NCBI GenBank assembly: GCA_965203275.1
Contig: OZ241865.1
Location: 1,440,001 to 1,504,000, forward strand
Length of the DNA stretch: 64,000 bases
Direction of reading: 5' to 3'
DNA from: Bdellovibrionales bacterium
GTDB taxonomy: Bacteria > Bdellovibrionota > Bdellovibrionia > Bdellovibrionales > JAUICD01
The notes beneath the pieces are model-generated. The model was not told the origin of the DNA. It did not search any database and saw nothing but the letters and a program-made list of their open reading frames with translations. The first letter of the stretch is position 1, and every line of letters begins with the position of its first letter. Below, one piece after another: positions 51,901 through 61,229 of this stretch. A program made the translations under genes and the position numbers.

Positions 51901-52122
51901 TTATCCTAGATTATTACTCCTTCTTCCATCAGGATTAGATACAGGAGTTTTTATTCCATTAATCTTTCTTATATGGTAACTAGGATACTTTTCACGCTCT
52001 ATTCCTCTGACAAATTGAGGTCTAGTCATCTTTTTGTGTGTTTTTTTATCAATAAAAAGCACATTTCGACCTGTCTCTGACTTTTTATCAACTTCGATTG
52101 CTTTTCTATTATTTTTTACCAT
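51901..52122 (-). CDS. Small basic protein, DUF3892-like
   Basis: C-terminal SNPDGRRSNNLG; SD AAGGGG; leads the CBASS operon. Confidence 0.55.
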   Translation of the reverse strand: MVKNNRKAIEVDKKSETGRNVLFIDKKTHKKMTRPQFVRGIEREKYPSYHIRKINGIKTPVSNPDGRRSNNLG

Positions 52123-52184
52123 TATTTACCCCCTTATATTATTAGTAATAACAAACATACCCTTTCACTTTAGAGCTTTATAAA

Positions 52185-52567
52185 AAAGTGTGTTCGATAG
52201 AAAAAAAGTCAAGGAGGTGGGCAAAAATAAATTTGATTTTTTTAAGAAAGGCAACAAACATTTGAATTTTTTAGTGAAGAAGCCACCATCAACAATATAA
52301 GCTATTCTGTCCATTTCAAAAAGCCTCTAAGAAACCTCTAAGCTTTATAAAAAAATGGGCCTAAGTGTCCAACCCTAAAGTTTATTAGGGAATAAGGAAC
52401 AGAGACCCGTGTATTTTCATATCTTTATATATAATCTTCGCCTAAATGATCTAAAAAGTCAAGAGGAATAGGCAAATAAATTTTTTAAAACAATAAAAGG
52501 CACCATTAACTCCATCTACTCCCCTATCGTAGAAGCTTAAAAACCTCAAATACCTTGACAAAATTGG
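52185..52567. repeat. ~380-bp inter-cassette repeat, copy 2
   Basis: Similar to copies 1 and 3. Confidence 0.9.
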
Positions 52568-52639
52568 AACTATTCAATCAAATAAGAAACAGTTTTGTAA
52601 TTATACGTACATGAAAATATAACTAAAAAAGGAAAAAAT

Positions 52640-53311
52640 ATGATTACTTCTAAATATATTCAAAATACCTTTCTCATTAAACATGATAATAAATGCGGAT
52701 CTTGTTTTAAAGTTATTAAAACAAAAAAATATTCATATCTAATCACAGCAAAACATGTTATCTCAAAATTAAAAGATAATGATATTATAAAAATATATTT
52801 TAATAATCCTCATGGCTGGTATGATATAAAAGCCATTAAAATTCTTCATTGCGATGATACTGATATATCTATTTTTGTTTTTGATGATTCAAAAAAAACA
52901 TCAGTAACTTTTCAATTACCTATGAGTTCTAATCATTTAATTTGTGGTCAAGATATTTTTATTTTAGGATTCCCTCTTGAAATAACTCAAGATACAAGAA
53001 TACAAGATCAAGAATCTTCAACTCCCCTTCCTTTAATAAAGAAAGGAGCTTTATCAGGTATAACGCCCGTTGACAAGAAAACTATTTTTTATGTGGATAT
53101 ACATATTAATCAAGGATTTTCTGGAGGCCCCGCTTTATTTAAAAATCAATTTGATAATGAAATAAAAATTTTTGGCGTTGTTTCAAGCTACATCTGTGAT
53201 CAAATTAAAGGGAAAAACGTTTTAGCCAATAGTGGCATTGGCCTTGTTGAATGTATCTCTTCTGCCTCTAAAATTATTGAGCAGGCTAGGAAAGAACTAC
53301 AAGATACATAA
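52640..53311 (+). CDS. Trypsin-like serine protease, no signal peptide
   Basis: LITAKHV, DISI, NQGFSGGP catalytic triad motifs. Confidence 0.85.
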   Translation: MITSKYIQNTFLIKHDNKCGSCFKVIKTKKYSYLITAKHVISKLKDNDIIKIYFNNPHGWYDIKAIKILHCDDTDISIFVFDDSKKTSVTFQLPMSSNHLICGQDIFILGFPLEITQDTRIQDQESSTPLPLIKKGALSGITPVDKKTIFYVDIHINQGFSGGPALFKNQFDNEIKIFGVVSSYICDQIKGKNVLANSGIGLVECISSASKIIEQARKELQDT

Positions 53312-53349
53312 AGTCTCATTTAAAAGTTTAAGTAATAAATAAAAATACT

Positions 53350-54722
53350 ATGAAAAAGAAACAAAAATTAAATATCTTAAAAAGAGATAATTATAAATGT
53401 GGTATTCATTTAGGTGGTTGTGGTAAAAAACTTTCTCTTGATTCGATGACCATTGATCATATTGTTCCAAAAAATATATTGAAAGGATGCAAGGAGTATA
53501 AAAAACAATTTAAAAAGTACAAATTTATAGATAATGAGTTCTTTAATCTGCAACCTATGTGTTTAGAATGTAAAAGCAAAAAACAAGGCAATTTTCCTCC
53601 AAATAACATAGTAAAAAATGTTCTAATAAATGTTGCAATTTTATTTATCTTAAATATGAAAAAAAGAGTAAATATTATTTAGTCTTTATTCATTATCTGT
53701 TAAAAGATGCTGAAAATCTTCATTATTCAAACGAACCATCAGCAATGAACTGTGTAGCTTTTATATTTAATTTCATACAAATTCAATTCAAATATGCAGA
53801 TGGAAGTAAGTCACCACAAATATATATGTTAAGAGGTGAAAGTAAGAATTATGTAGGTTTTCAAAAGAATAAAGTGGGAGGTTTAGTTTCTGAAGTAGAT
53901 ATGATCAGAAACAACCAACAATATGGCCAAAAAGAAATATCCGAAGCTATAAAACATCTAAATATTCAGCTTAAAAGAATTGACAAACCAAGGTTGCTCC
54001 TAATTTCTGAAATAAGCCAGTGGCATATAAGAATAGCAGTGGAAGGAAATATTTCTGAGTATTCAAAAGCAATTAAAGAAAGTAAAAATAGTATTGAAAA
54101 ATACTATAGTGAATGCCACTCTTTTTATGGAGTTACTGTTTTATGTGAATTTCAAGGCAAAAAAATCATAGAACAACATCCTCTATCTGCTCAATATCTT
54201 TCTTTTGGAACTCAATTTCCAAATAAACCTCAATTGAAAGGTCAATCAACTCATGCATTAGTGTCAATAGATAAACTGAAAAAAGAGAATATAACAGATT
54301 ATTTATTGAAATCATATATCATATTTATATATCAATTATGGGAAACACGCTTTCGCTCTGAAATAGCAAATCATTTTGGTATTGAAAACACAAATGTAAG
54401 GTGTGATTTTTTTGGTGATTTAAGGGTGATAAGAAATAGTTTGATACATGAAAGTGCATCAATGTTAAGGAAAGATGTAGAAAATTTTAAAGTCCTCAAG
54501 TTTGGATTAAATAAAAATCTTACAAAAGGAATTTTAATCACGTCCCCTGCAATACTTGGACATATTATGGAACAACTCAACTTAATGCAAATAGATATAG
54601 CATTGAAAGATAAGTATATTACTTTCAAAATGTGTCCTGTTGTCGCTGATTCTATAATAAAAGGGCAACTACATTATCAGACAGAAACCAGACATAATCT
54701 AAATATAACCCCATTATTATAG
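53350..54722 (+). pseudogene. HNH + HEPN-like protein split by a one-base frameshift (ORFs 53350..53682 and 53745..54722)
   Basis: RDNYKC..TIDHIVPK..NLQPMCLEC; the -1 frame from the A6 run at 53613-53618 is open into the 53745 ORF, which has RNSLIH. Confidence 0.65.
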
Positions 54723-54843
54723 ATCAATTTTAGTTAGAGCTACTCATAAAAGAGGAACTCCTGTATGCGATTTTGAATTATCTGCAAATTCAGTAAATTG
54801 ACAAGAGTATTTAATAAATTCTTTTAATTCATCAATGTTTATT

Positions 54844-55269
54844 TTATCTATATTTGATAATTTTAGAAAGTAATGATTTTATTTTTGCAAAAAATCTAAC
54901 AGGCTTCTTTTCTTTTTCAATATTTAATTGTTTTTCTTGTATTTGATAATATTTCTCTTTTTTGAGTAAGTCTTTCCTTCTTCCTTCTAAAATTTCTTTT
55001 TTAGACCATCTTCTACTCCAAATAATATTACTATTTTTTATCCAATAGTGAGATTTACAATTAAAGCTCCAGTTTCCTATAGAAGGATCAAGTGAAATAG
55101 TATATCCATTATAGATAATTTTCCAATCTGTAGGACTTATAGGCGTGACGACTTCTTCACCACATCCACAAAAACAATTATGAGAAGCTGTATTATATTT
55201 TATAGAAATATAGATAATATTATCTTCTAAGACATTTGGAATATTTGTAACAAATTTATGTTTGATCAT
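54844..55269 (-). CDS. DUF6527-like protein (Bub-operon peptidase)
   Basis: HNCFCGCGEEVVTP..W..SLDPSIGNW..CKSHYWI. Confidence 0.8.
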   Translation of the reverse strand: MIKHKFVTNIPNVLEDNIIYISIKYNTASHNCFCGCGEEVVTPISPTDWKIIYNGYTISLDPSIGNWSFNCKSHYWIKNSNIIWSRRWSKKEILEGRRKDLLKKEKYYQIQEKQLNIEKEKKPVRFFAKIKSLLSKIIKYR

Positions 55270-56464
55270 CTACTTTGTCCTCATTTATTAAAGAATTGCA
55301 CTCTATTTGATATAAAGTAGTATACTCTTTACTACAATCAAAATAAAATTCGTTTATTTTTTTCCACTTTATTACAGCTAGGGAAGCATTAAGAGCATTA
55401 AGTTCAGCAACTTGAATATTTGTTGAATATGGATCATTATTGCCATCAGAATATGAAACTCTATTATCAAGATGATTTTTCTTATCTTTTGTGCATAGAG
55501 TAGTTCTTACATTACCAAGTATTTTTTGATCTTGATTACAAAGTCCCATTCCTACATCAATAAATGGTATCTCTTTATTGATGAGAAAATTGAATAATTC
55601 TTTTTTAACACATCCTTGATCTATACAGATGAAAACAAAGCTTTTTTCTGATAATTTATTAAACTTAGATGATTTAATATTATATGGATAAGAGATGATA
55701 TTTTTGTGCATTTTCGAATAAACTTCCTTTAAATAATTCGTTTTTTTGACTTTTTCATTTAAATTTTCCTTTGAAGCTACTCCAGGAGTTCTAAAGGCAT
55801 TATGATTTAAAAAAATATCACCATCAAATAAACTGATTTCTCTGACAGGTGTTTTTGCAACAAAATCTAAGATATAAGCTCCAGTTCCTCCCAAACCTAT
55901 AATGGCAATTTTTTGATCTTTTAACTTCATAGATATATTATTAATATTAGATTTACTTGAATTGGTATCTTTATACTGAAATACAGAATTATCCATATCT
56001 TTATCTTTAGATATAGATTGTCTAGAAGTTGCTGTCACAGAAGAGTCTATTGATTGAGCTGGATGAGAAATAATACGAACATAATTAGTTATTTTTTCAT
56101 AATAATCTTTATATCCCTCATTTGGCTTATTTGAAAATGAATATTGAATATCATAACCAGCAATATTTTCATTTTTTGATTCATTTCGAATTGACTCTAT
56201 AGGGTTCCCTTGATTATCACAAGGATACTCCCCTGTAAAGAAAATAACGTGGGTTTCTGGCTTAACTGTTTTATCTCCGGCTAGTGTTAAAGCTGATATA
56301 AGCTCACCGTATTTAATTTCTTTTTTGGAATTGATATATGGAATCTTATGAACAATTAGATAAGAATCCTTTATTTCAAGCTTATAACCATCTTCTTTAA
56401 GTTTTTTTAAATCAGAGCTATGATTTATCAGTTTTTGTGACACTAAACACCATCCCATCTTCAA
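55256..56464 (-). CDS. E2-like + ThiF/E1 adenylyltransferase fusion (Bub-like)
   Basis: IAIIGLGGTGAY, FDGD...HNAFR, NIQVAELNALNA; N-terminal FSNKP..Y.DYYEK domain. Confidence 0.8.
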   Translation of the reverse strand: MKMGWCLVSQKLINHSSDLKKLKEDGYKLEIKDSYLIVHKIPYINSKKEIKYGELISALTLAGDKTVKPETHVIFFTGEYPCDNQGNPIESIRNESKNENIAGYDIQYSFSNKPNEGYKDYYEKITNYVRIISHPAQSIDSSVTATSRQSISKDKDMDNSVFQYKDTNSSKSNINNISMKLKDQKIAIIGLGGTGAYILDFVAKTPVREISLFDGDIFLNHNAFRTPGVASKENLNEKVKKTNYLKEVYSKMHKNIISYPYNIKSSKFNKLSEKSFVFICIDQGCVKKELFNFLINKEIPFIDVGMGLCNQDQKILGNVRTTLCTKDKKNHLDNRVSYSDGNNDPYSTNIQVAELNALNASLAVIKWKKINEFYFDCSKEYTTLYQIECNSLINEDKVDDQT

Positions 56465-56711
56465 TATTTACTTCTTTGCCAGCTACAAGACTACCTTTTC
56501 TATCTGTTTGGATATGTGTATAGGTCACTGTATAAGCAATATCCGGATTATTAAAATCTGTATTGTCAAAAGCTAACTTTACAACATCTTCAAAGGTTAG
56601 CGTTCTTTTTGGAGGGACTTTATCCCTACCATTAACAATGATTTTCATTTTATTTTCTTGTTTTTCCTGATGATCAGGATTGCTTTTACCATTTTTTTCA
56701 ATATTTGACAT
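56418..56711 (-). CDS. Multi-ubiquitin-family ubiquitin-like protein
   Basis: IIVNGR..LTFEDVV.LAF..YTVTY..GSL..G..V..GM.F.V..TDKS. Confidence 0.8.
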   Translation of the reverse strand: MSNIEKNGKSNPDHQEKQENKMKIIVNGRDKVPPKRTLTFEDVVKLAFDNTDFNNPDIAYTVTYTHIQTDRKGSLVAGKEVNIEDGMVFSVTKTDKS

Positions 56712-56776
56712 AAGAAACCTCCTATCAAATTAAGTTAAATTTAATGCTTTAAAGACAAATAAACCCTAATACTTAT

Positions 56777-57180
56777 AAAGTGTGTTCGATAGAAAAAAAG
56801 TCAAGGAGGTGGGCAAAAATAAATTTGATTTTTTAAAGAAAAGCAACAAACATTTGACTTTTTAAAAGGCAAGAAATAGCTACCATCAACAATATAAGCT
56901 ATTCTGTCCATTTCAAAAAGCCTCTGAAAACCTTATAAACCTTAAAAACCTATAAGCTTTATAAAAAAATGGGCCTAAGTGTCCAACCCTAAAGTTTTTT
57001 ATTAGGGAATAAGGAACAGAGACCCGTGTATTTTCATATCTTTATATAATCTTCGCCTAAATAATCTAAAAAGTCAAGAGGAATGAGCAAATAAATTTTT
57101 TAAAACAATAAAAGGCACCATTAACTCCATCTACTCCTCCATCGTAGAAGCTTAAAACCCTCAAGTACCTTGACAAAATT
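56777..57180. repeat. ~400-bp inter-cassette repeat, copy 3
   Basis: Similar to copies 1 and 2; a partial fourth copy lies at ~58306-58347. Confidence 0.9.
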
Positions 57181-57252
57181 TGGTCTATGTGATCAAATAG
57201 CAAGCATTCTTTCAACTATGCAAATGCAACAAAAACAATAGAGACTCTAAAA

Positions 57253-57608
57253 ATGAAAGAAAAGAAACGAGTAAAAACGGTGGTAATGGGAACACCAACA
57301 ATAAGAGCATTGTTAATAATGGCCAGCTCTTTACAAGAAGTCTCTGATTTGCTACTAAGAACATCAGAAACATTTGACAGTCAAACTTGACTGCTGATTC
57401 TCAATTAAAATCTATGGATATAATGTGGGGAACAAGTATTCTTTTACCTTTTATTTGTGAGTTAGGCTTAACATCATTATATTTATTAGACAATCAAGGA
57501 ACTCAAATGATTCCTAAAAAACATTCCTTATTGTATTGGTGGAATAGGTTAAAAAAAGATACTAAAGATAAAATAACACAACAATTTGAAAATGGTTTTA
57601 TAATATGA
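57253..57608 (+). pseudogene. Frameshifted and truncated HEPN-like gene
   Basis: ATG at 57253 is open to ~57390, then shifts into ICELGL..KHSLLYWW. Confidence 0.4.
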
Positions 57609-57654
57609 TTTTAAATAATTGACTCAGATACTATTTATTGATATTTTTTATAAA

Positions 57655-57930
57655 ATGAAATGGCAGGTTAAAATTTCAAATAAAATGGTAAAGCGAATGA
57701 TTAAGCTTCCAAAATTAGTTAAGGAGAATCTTACTAAGCTCATAGTGGAAATGGAAATTTTAGGACCTGTAAGAGGCAATTGGAAAAATTATGGTAAGCT
57801 AGGAAGAAACAAACATCATTGTCATATCAAAACAGGCAAGCCCACTTATGTTATGTGTTGGAAAGTATTCAAAGAAAGAAAAATAATTTAGGTTTATTAT
57901 GTCGGAAGCCATGAAAAAGCACCCTACTAA
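57655..57930 (+). pseudogene. RelE/HigB-like toxin with a premature TAG at 57889
   Basis: GPVRGNWKNYGKL..HHCHIK; frame continues VYYVGSHEKAPY* after the TAG. Confidence 0.7.
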
Positions 57931-58276
57931 AGACGAAAGAGTGTCTATTTGGATTGGAAATAAAAAGGCTAAATTATATCTTATTCCAAAGAAAAAGGCA
58001 AAAGCCTTGTCTGATATGTTAGAAGAATATAAAAGTGAAGAAAGTATTCCCTGGAGAGATGCTTTGACTGATTTGATCAGTGAAACCAGTCAACAAGCTA
58101 TCGTTTTGAGAGATTCAAGACGTGAAAAAAATCTATCTCAAAAAAAGTTGGCAAAAATTTTAAAGGTTGATCCTTCTTTTATCACTCAAATTGAAAAAGG
58201 TGAAAAAAAGATCAACAAGCCCCTTGCGAAAAAGTTAGCAGAAGTTTTTAATACAGATTATAGAATTTTCCTATAA
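57899..58276 (+). CDS. XRE-family HTH antitoxin (HigA-like)
   Basis: LSQKKLAKILKVDPSFITQIEKGEKKI; follows the toxin. Confidence 0.85.
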   Translation: MSEAMKKHPTKDERVSIWIGNKKAKLYLIPKKKAKALSDMLEEYKSEESIPWRDALTDLISETSQQAIVLRDSRREKNLSQKKLAKILKVDPSFITQIEKGEKKINKPLAKKLAEVFNTDYRIFL

Positions 58277-58348
58277 CCTTATAAGAAGTCAAATATCTTA
58301 TACCTTAAAAAATAAACACAACCATCACCTCCATCTACTCCCCCTACT

Positions 58349-58490
58349 TTAAATAGATATTCTATTTTTTTAGTTTTCTAGAATTAAGCTCTAATTCAAT
58401 ATCTCCAGTGGTCTTTCTATCTGTCCAATATGAGCCTTTTAACTTTAGCTTTTGTTTTTCTGTGGAAAATTGAAGTTTTGCACTTCCATT
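58349..58490 (-). pseudogene. C-terminal remnant resembling a Cap15 / S-2TM-beta CBASS effector
   Basis: NGSAKLQF...LKGSYWTDRKTTGDIEL. Confidence 0.55.
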
Positions 58491-58493
58491 TTT

Positions 58494-58682
58494 TTAAAAA
58501 GTAAAAATCAAAGTAAAGTAGTGGCAAGTTTTGTTAAATTCGTCTGTGTTTTTCTGAATAAGATATGTCACTTTAAGAGTTAGAAAAGAAATAATAAGAC
58601 CAGACAAAGCAATGCAAAGTGCTAAAACTGTCGCTATAAAGGTAAGAAAGACAATAACAAGAGGTAAATCGTGATCATCCAA
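58494..58682 (-). CDS. Small membrane protein downstream of the Panacea gene
   Basis: TTG 2 nt after the upstream stop; FLTLKVTYLIQKNTDEFNK matches the ORF at 1..147. Confidence 0.6.
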   Translation of the reverse strand: MDDHDLPLVIVFLTFIATVLALCIALSGLIISFLTLKVTYLIQKNTDEFNKTCHYFTLIFTF

Positions 58683-58684
58683 GT

Positions 58685-59215
58685 TTAAAGACCCCTGCTA
58701 TTTTTATCTAATTCTTCGGATTCTATCTTTTTATAATAAGCTTTAATATGATCATTTGGGATCTCTATGAAAGAATGATTTTGTCTATCAAAATACTCTG
58801 ACCATGGAGTTCCATTTTTATGTGTCAAGTCTGATAAACGTGAACTTGTATAATTTTTGTACTCTTTATAAACCTCATCCATTATCTTTATTTGAATTGG
58901 ATTAAATTTTTTCTTAAGATTTTCACTATCTATTTTTTCTATCTGAGCTATAGGAATAATTCTTCCATTTTTAAAAGTCATATCTCTAAACAAAAAAAAT
59001 ATTTCTGGAATGACAGGACCATACCACCACGCTTCAAAATTCTTATTAGATAATGGCTCACCTGTTCTAGCTAGGTGAATACCATGAGCAATATAAATAA
59101 ATTTAAGCAAGTGAGTTAAATAGAGAATAGTTCGAGCTTCATCTGTTTGATTAAGGTAAATAAAATATTTTGCAATGTTTAAAGGATTAACTCCTTCTGC
59201 TTTCATATCTTTCAT
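58685..59215 (-). CDS. Panacea-domain (DUF4065) antitoxin, second paralog
   Basis: IAKYFI..LKFIYIAHG..FEAWWYGPV..LSDLTH.NGTPW. Confidence 0.85.
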   Translation of the reverse strand: MKDMKAEGVNPLNIAKYFIYLNQTDEARTILYLTHLLKFIYIAHGIHLARTGEPLSNKNFEAWWYGPVIPEIFFLFRDMTFKNGRIIPIAQIEKIDSENLKKKFNPIQIKIMDEVYKEYKNYTSSRLSDLTHKNGTPWSEYFDRQNHSFIEIPNDHIKAYYKKIESEELDKNSRGL

Positions 59216-59321
59216 GCTATAACCTCCAGTTAATCAACATTTAAAATAGACTTATCTTCTTGATACTTTGTATTATATTATTATCATTATAGCAACGTTA
59301 TTATAAAAAATCAAACTGCTG

Positions 59322-59619
59322 AAAAAATCCTTAGAAACAAATTTAAAATAACTCTGATTGTTGTGTATAATCTAAGTGATTTTTAAAAGGCTTTTCTCTT
59401 TTTTTCAAAATAATTTCTTCTCCTATTGATTGATCTATAAGTTGCCTTAAATCAACCACTGCACCAAATTTTAAAAATGTACTAAAGAATTTTTTCATAT
59501 TTTTTAATCCTTGTTTAATATCTAAAAAGTCAAATAAAATAGGACTCATATATGGTAAGAACAGAGCTTGTTATCAGCAAATTGCATTAAAATAGATTGT
59601 ACTGTCAAGAAATACTAAA
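59322..59619 (-). pseudogene. Internally deleted duplicate of the MTase locus
   Basis: Matches ~47498-47680 joined directly to ~48285-48398. Confidence 0.85.
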
Positions 59620-59869
59620 GAAAGGTCTTAAAAAGATTTAAAGACTTAACAGAATGAATTAATTAGATTTAAGATATATATAGAAAGTAGAAAGAGCTAA
59701 AAATCATTCTAGCGAGTATGTTAGCAGTAACTATGACTCATTCTTTTGTGGTTCATACAGATATCAAAATCAACTAGCAGAAACAATAGACCATAAGAAC
59801 AAGCTTTATAAACTGCTACTAACCAGCCCGCTAGGGCAGAGCTTTATTAATAACAAGAAGGAGAAAAAT

Positions 59870-60199
59870 ATGAGATTTTTATTTTTAGTTTTAATAATAT
59901 GTTTGGCTTCAGTAGAAGCCAGAGCTGAAAGATCGGAAAGTCTATTTAAATACTTAGGTAGGCAGATTAAAAACATGGACGAAAGGATGACTAAAAATGC
60001 AAAAGCCAATAGAGCTGACTGGCGGAGAGAGAATTCCTGTATTAGAAGATGTTATCATAACCAGTTAGGTATTAAAAGGCCTTCAAAGGGTGTTGAAAGG
60101 AGAAGGTTTTTTAGAAAGAGAAATAGAATACTGAACAGGTGCAGGTCAGGTTGCATCCGCGAAAGGATGTTAAGAAATGAAGACATCCTCCCCTACTAA
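59870..60199 (+). CDS. Small secreted basic Cys-containing protein
   Basis: AAGGAG SD; signal peptide ending ARA; last 10 codons and stop come from a repeat element. Confidence 0.6.
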   Translation: MRFLFLVLIICLASVEARAERSESLFKYLGRQIKNMDERMTKNAKANRADWRRENSCIRRCYHNQLGIKRPSKGVERRRFFRKRNRILNRCRSGCIRERMLRNEDILPY

Positions 60200-61222
60200 A
60201 AGTGGTCAGACAGCAAGCTTCTCTGAAGCTTGCCATGTAACAACACTAGGCAATGACCATTTTGTCAATGGCGAAATATCAAAGTGAAATAAACATTTTG
60301 TTTCCATAACATCGTGTTCATCTGGGATCCGGGATCGGGCAATCCGGCATCAAAAGGAAATTTTTCCTTAACATGGTGTTAAAAAATGAGGATATCCTCC
60401 TTCCTAAAATTGAACAGGCTTTTAAGGGTATCAGGCAGAAAAGGCATTTTGTTTCCTTAACATGATGTTGATCCGGGATCCCGGGATCCGGCAACCCGGC
60501 ATCAAAAAGAATTGTTTCCTTAACATCATGTTAAGAAACGATGAGATTCTCTCTACTCAAAGTGAACAGTCTTTCTAGGCGATGACCATTTTGTCAACGT
60601 GAAATAAACATCTTGTTTCCTTAACATCGTGTAAAGAGACAAGAGGATTCTTCCTATTAAAAATAAACGGATTTTTGAGGCAATCAGCCTTTGATCGACG
60701 GCGAGAGCCGTCGGGCTGATTGCCCAAAAACAGCCAGAGGCTGGTTTATTTTTAGTGAGACAAACGCGGTCATTGCCCGAGGTGTAAGAAGGAACTTTTT
60801 CCTTAACATAATGTTAAGAAATGAGGAGATCCTCCTTCCTAAAATTGAACAGGCTTTTGAGGCAGTTAGCCTTTGATCGACGGCGAGAGCCGTCGGGCTG
60901 ATTGCCCAAAAACAGCCAGAGGCTGGTTTATTTTTAGTGAGATAACGCCCAAAACACACCAGAGGTGTGGTTCATTTCAAGGGAAACAGAGGCTGGTTTG
61001 CTTTTAGTGAGACAAATGCGGTCATTGCCCGAGGTGTAAGAAGGAACTTTTTCCTTAACATGATGTTAAGAAATGAGGACATCCTCCTTCCTAAAATTGA
61101 ACAGGCTTTTGAGGCAGTTAGCCTTTGATCGACAGCGACAGCCGTCGGGCTAACTGCCCAAAAGTAGCCAGAGGCTAGTTCAATTTTAGGGAAACAGAGG
61201 TCAGACCACTTTTAGTGAAACA
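60167..61222 (+). repeat. ~1-kb multiply nested cluster of palindromic elements
   Basis: Outermost stem TAAAAGTGGTC (~60197) / GACCACTTTTA (~61204) encloses several complete and partial units. Confidence 0.9.
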
Positions 61223-61229
61223 ACCAGGC

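Noticed and set aside
45743..57180. Classical integron or prophage
   Set aside because: No tyrosine recombinase, attC-like sites or phage structural genes; cargo is in both orientations
57889..57891. Programmed stop-codon readthrough or recoding
   Set aside because: TAG serves as a normal stop elsewhere in the window (Rpn, ZorD); a point mutation is the simpler explanation
59343..59549. 68-aa ORF as a functional MTase
   Set aside because: Deletion derivative lacking the catalytic NPPY motif
60611..60762. Hammerhead ribozyme or tRNA reading of the three-way-junction element
   Set aside because: No CUGANGA core at the junction and no cloverleaf or T-loop; the terminal GAAAC lies outside the junction
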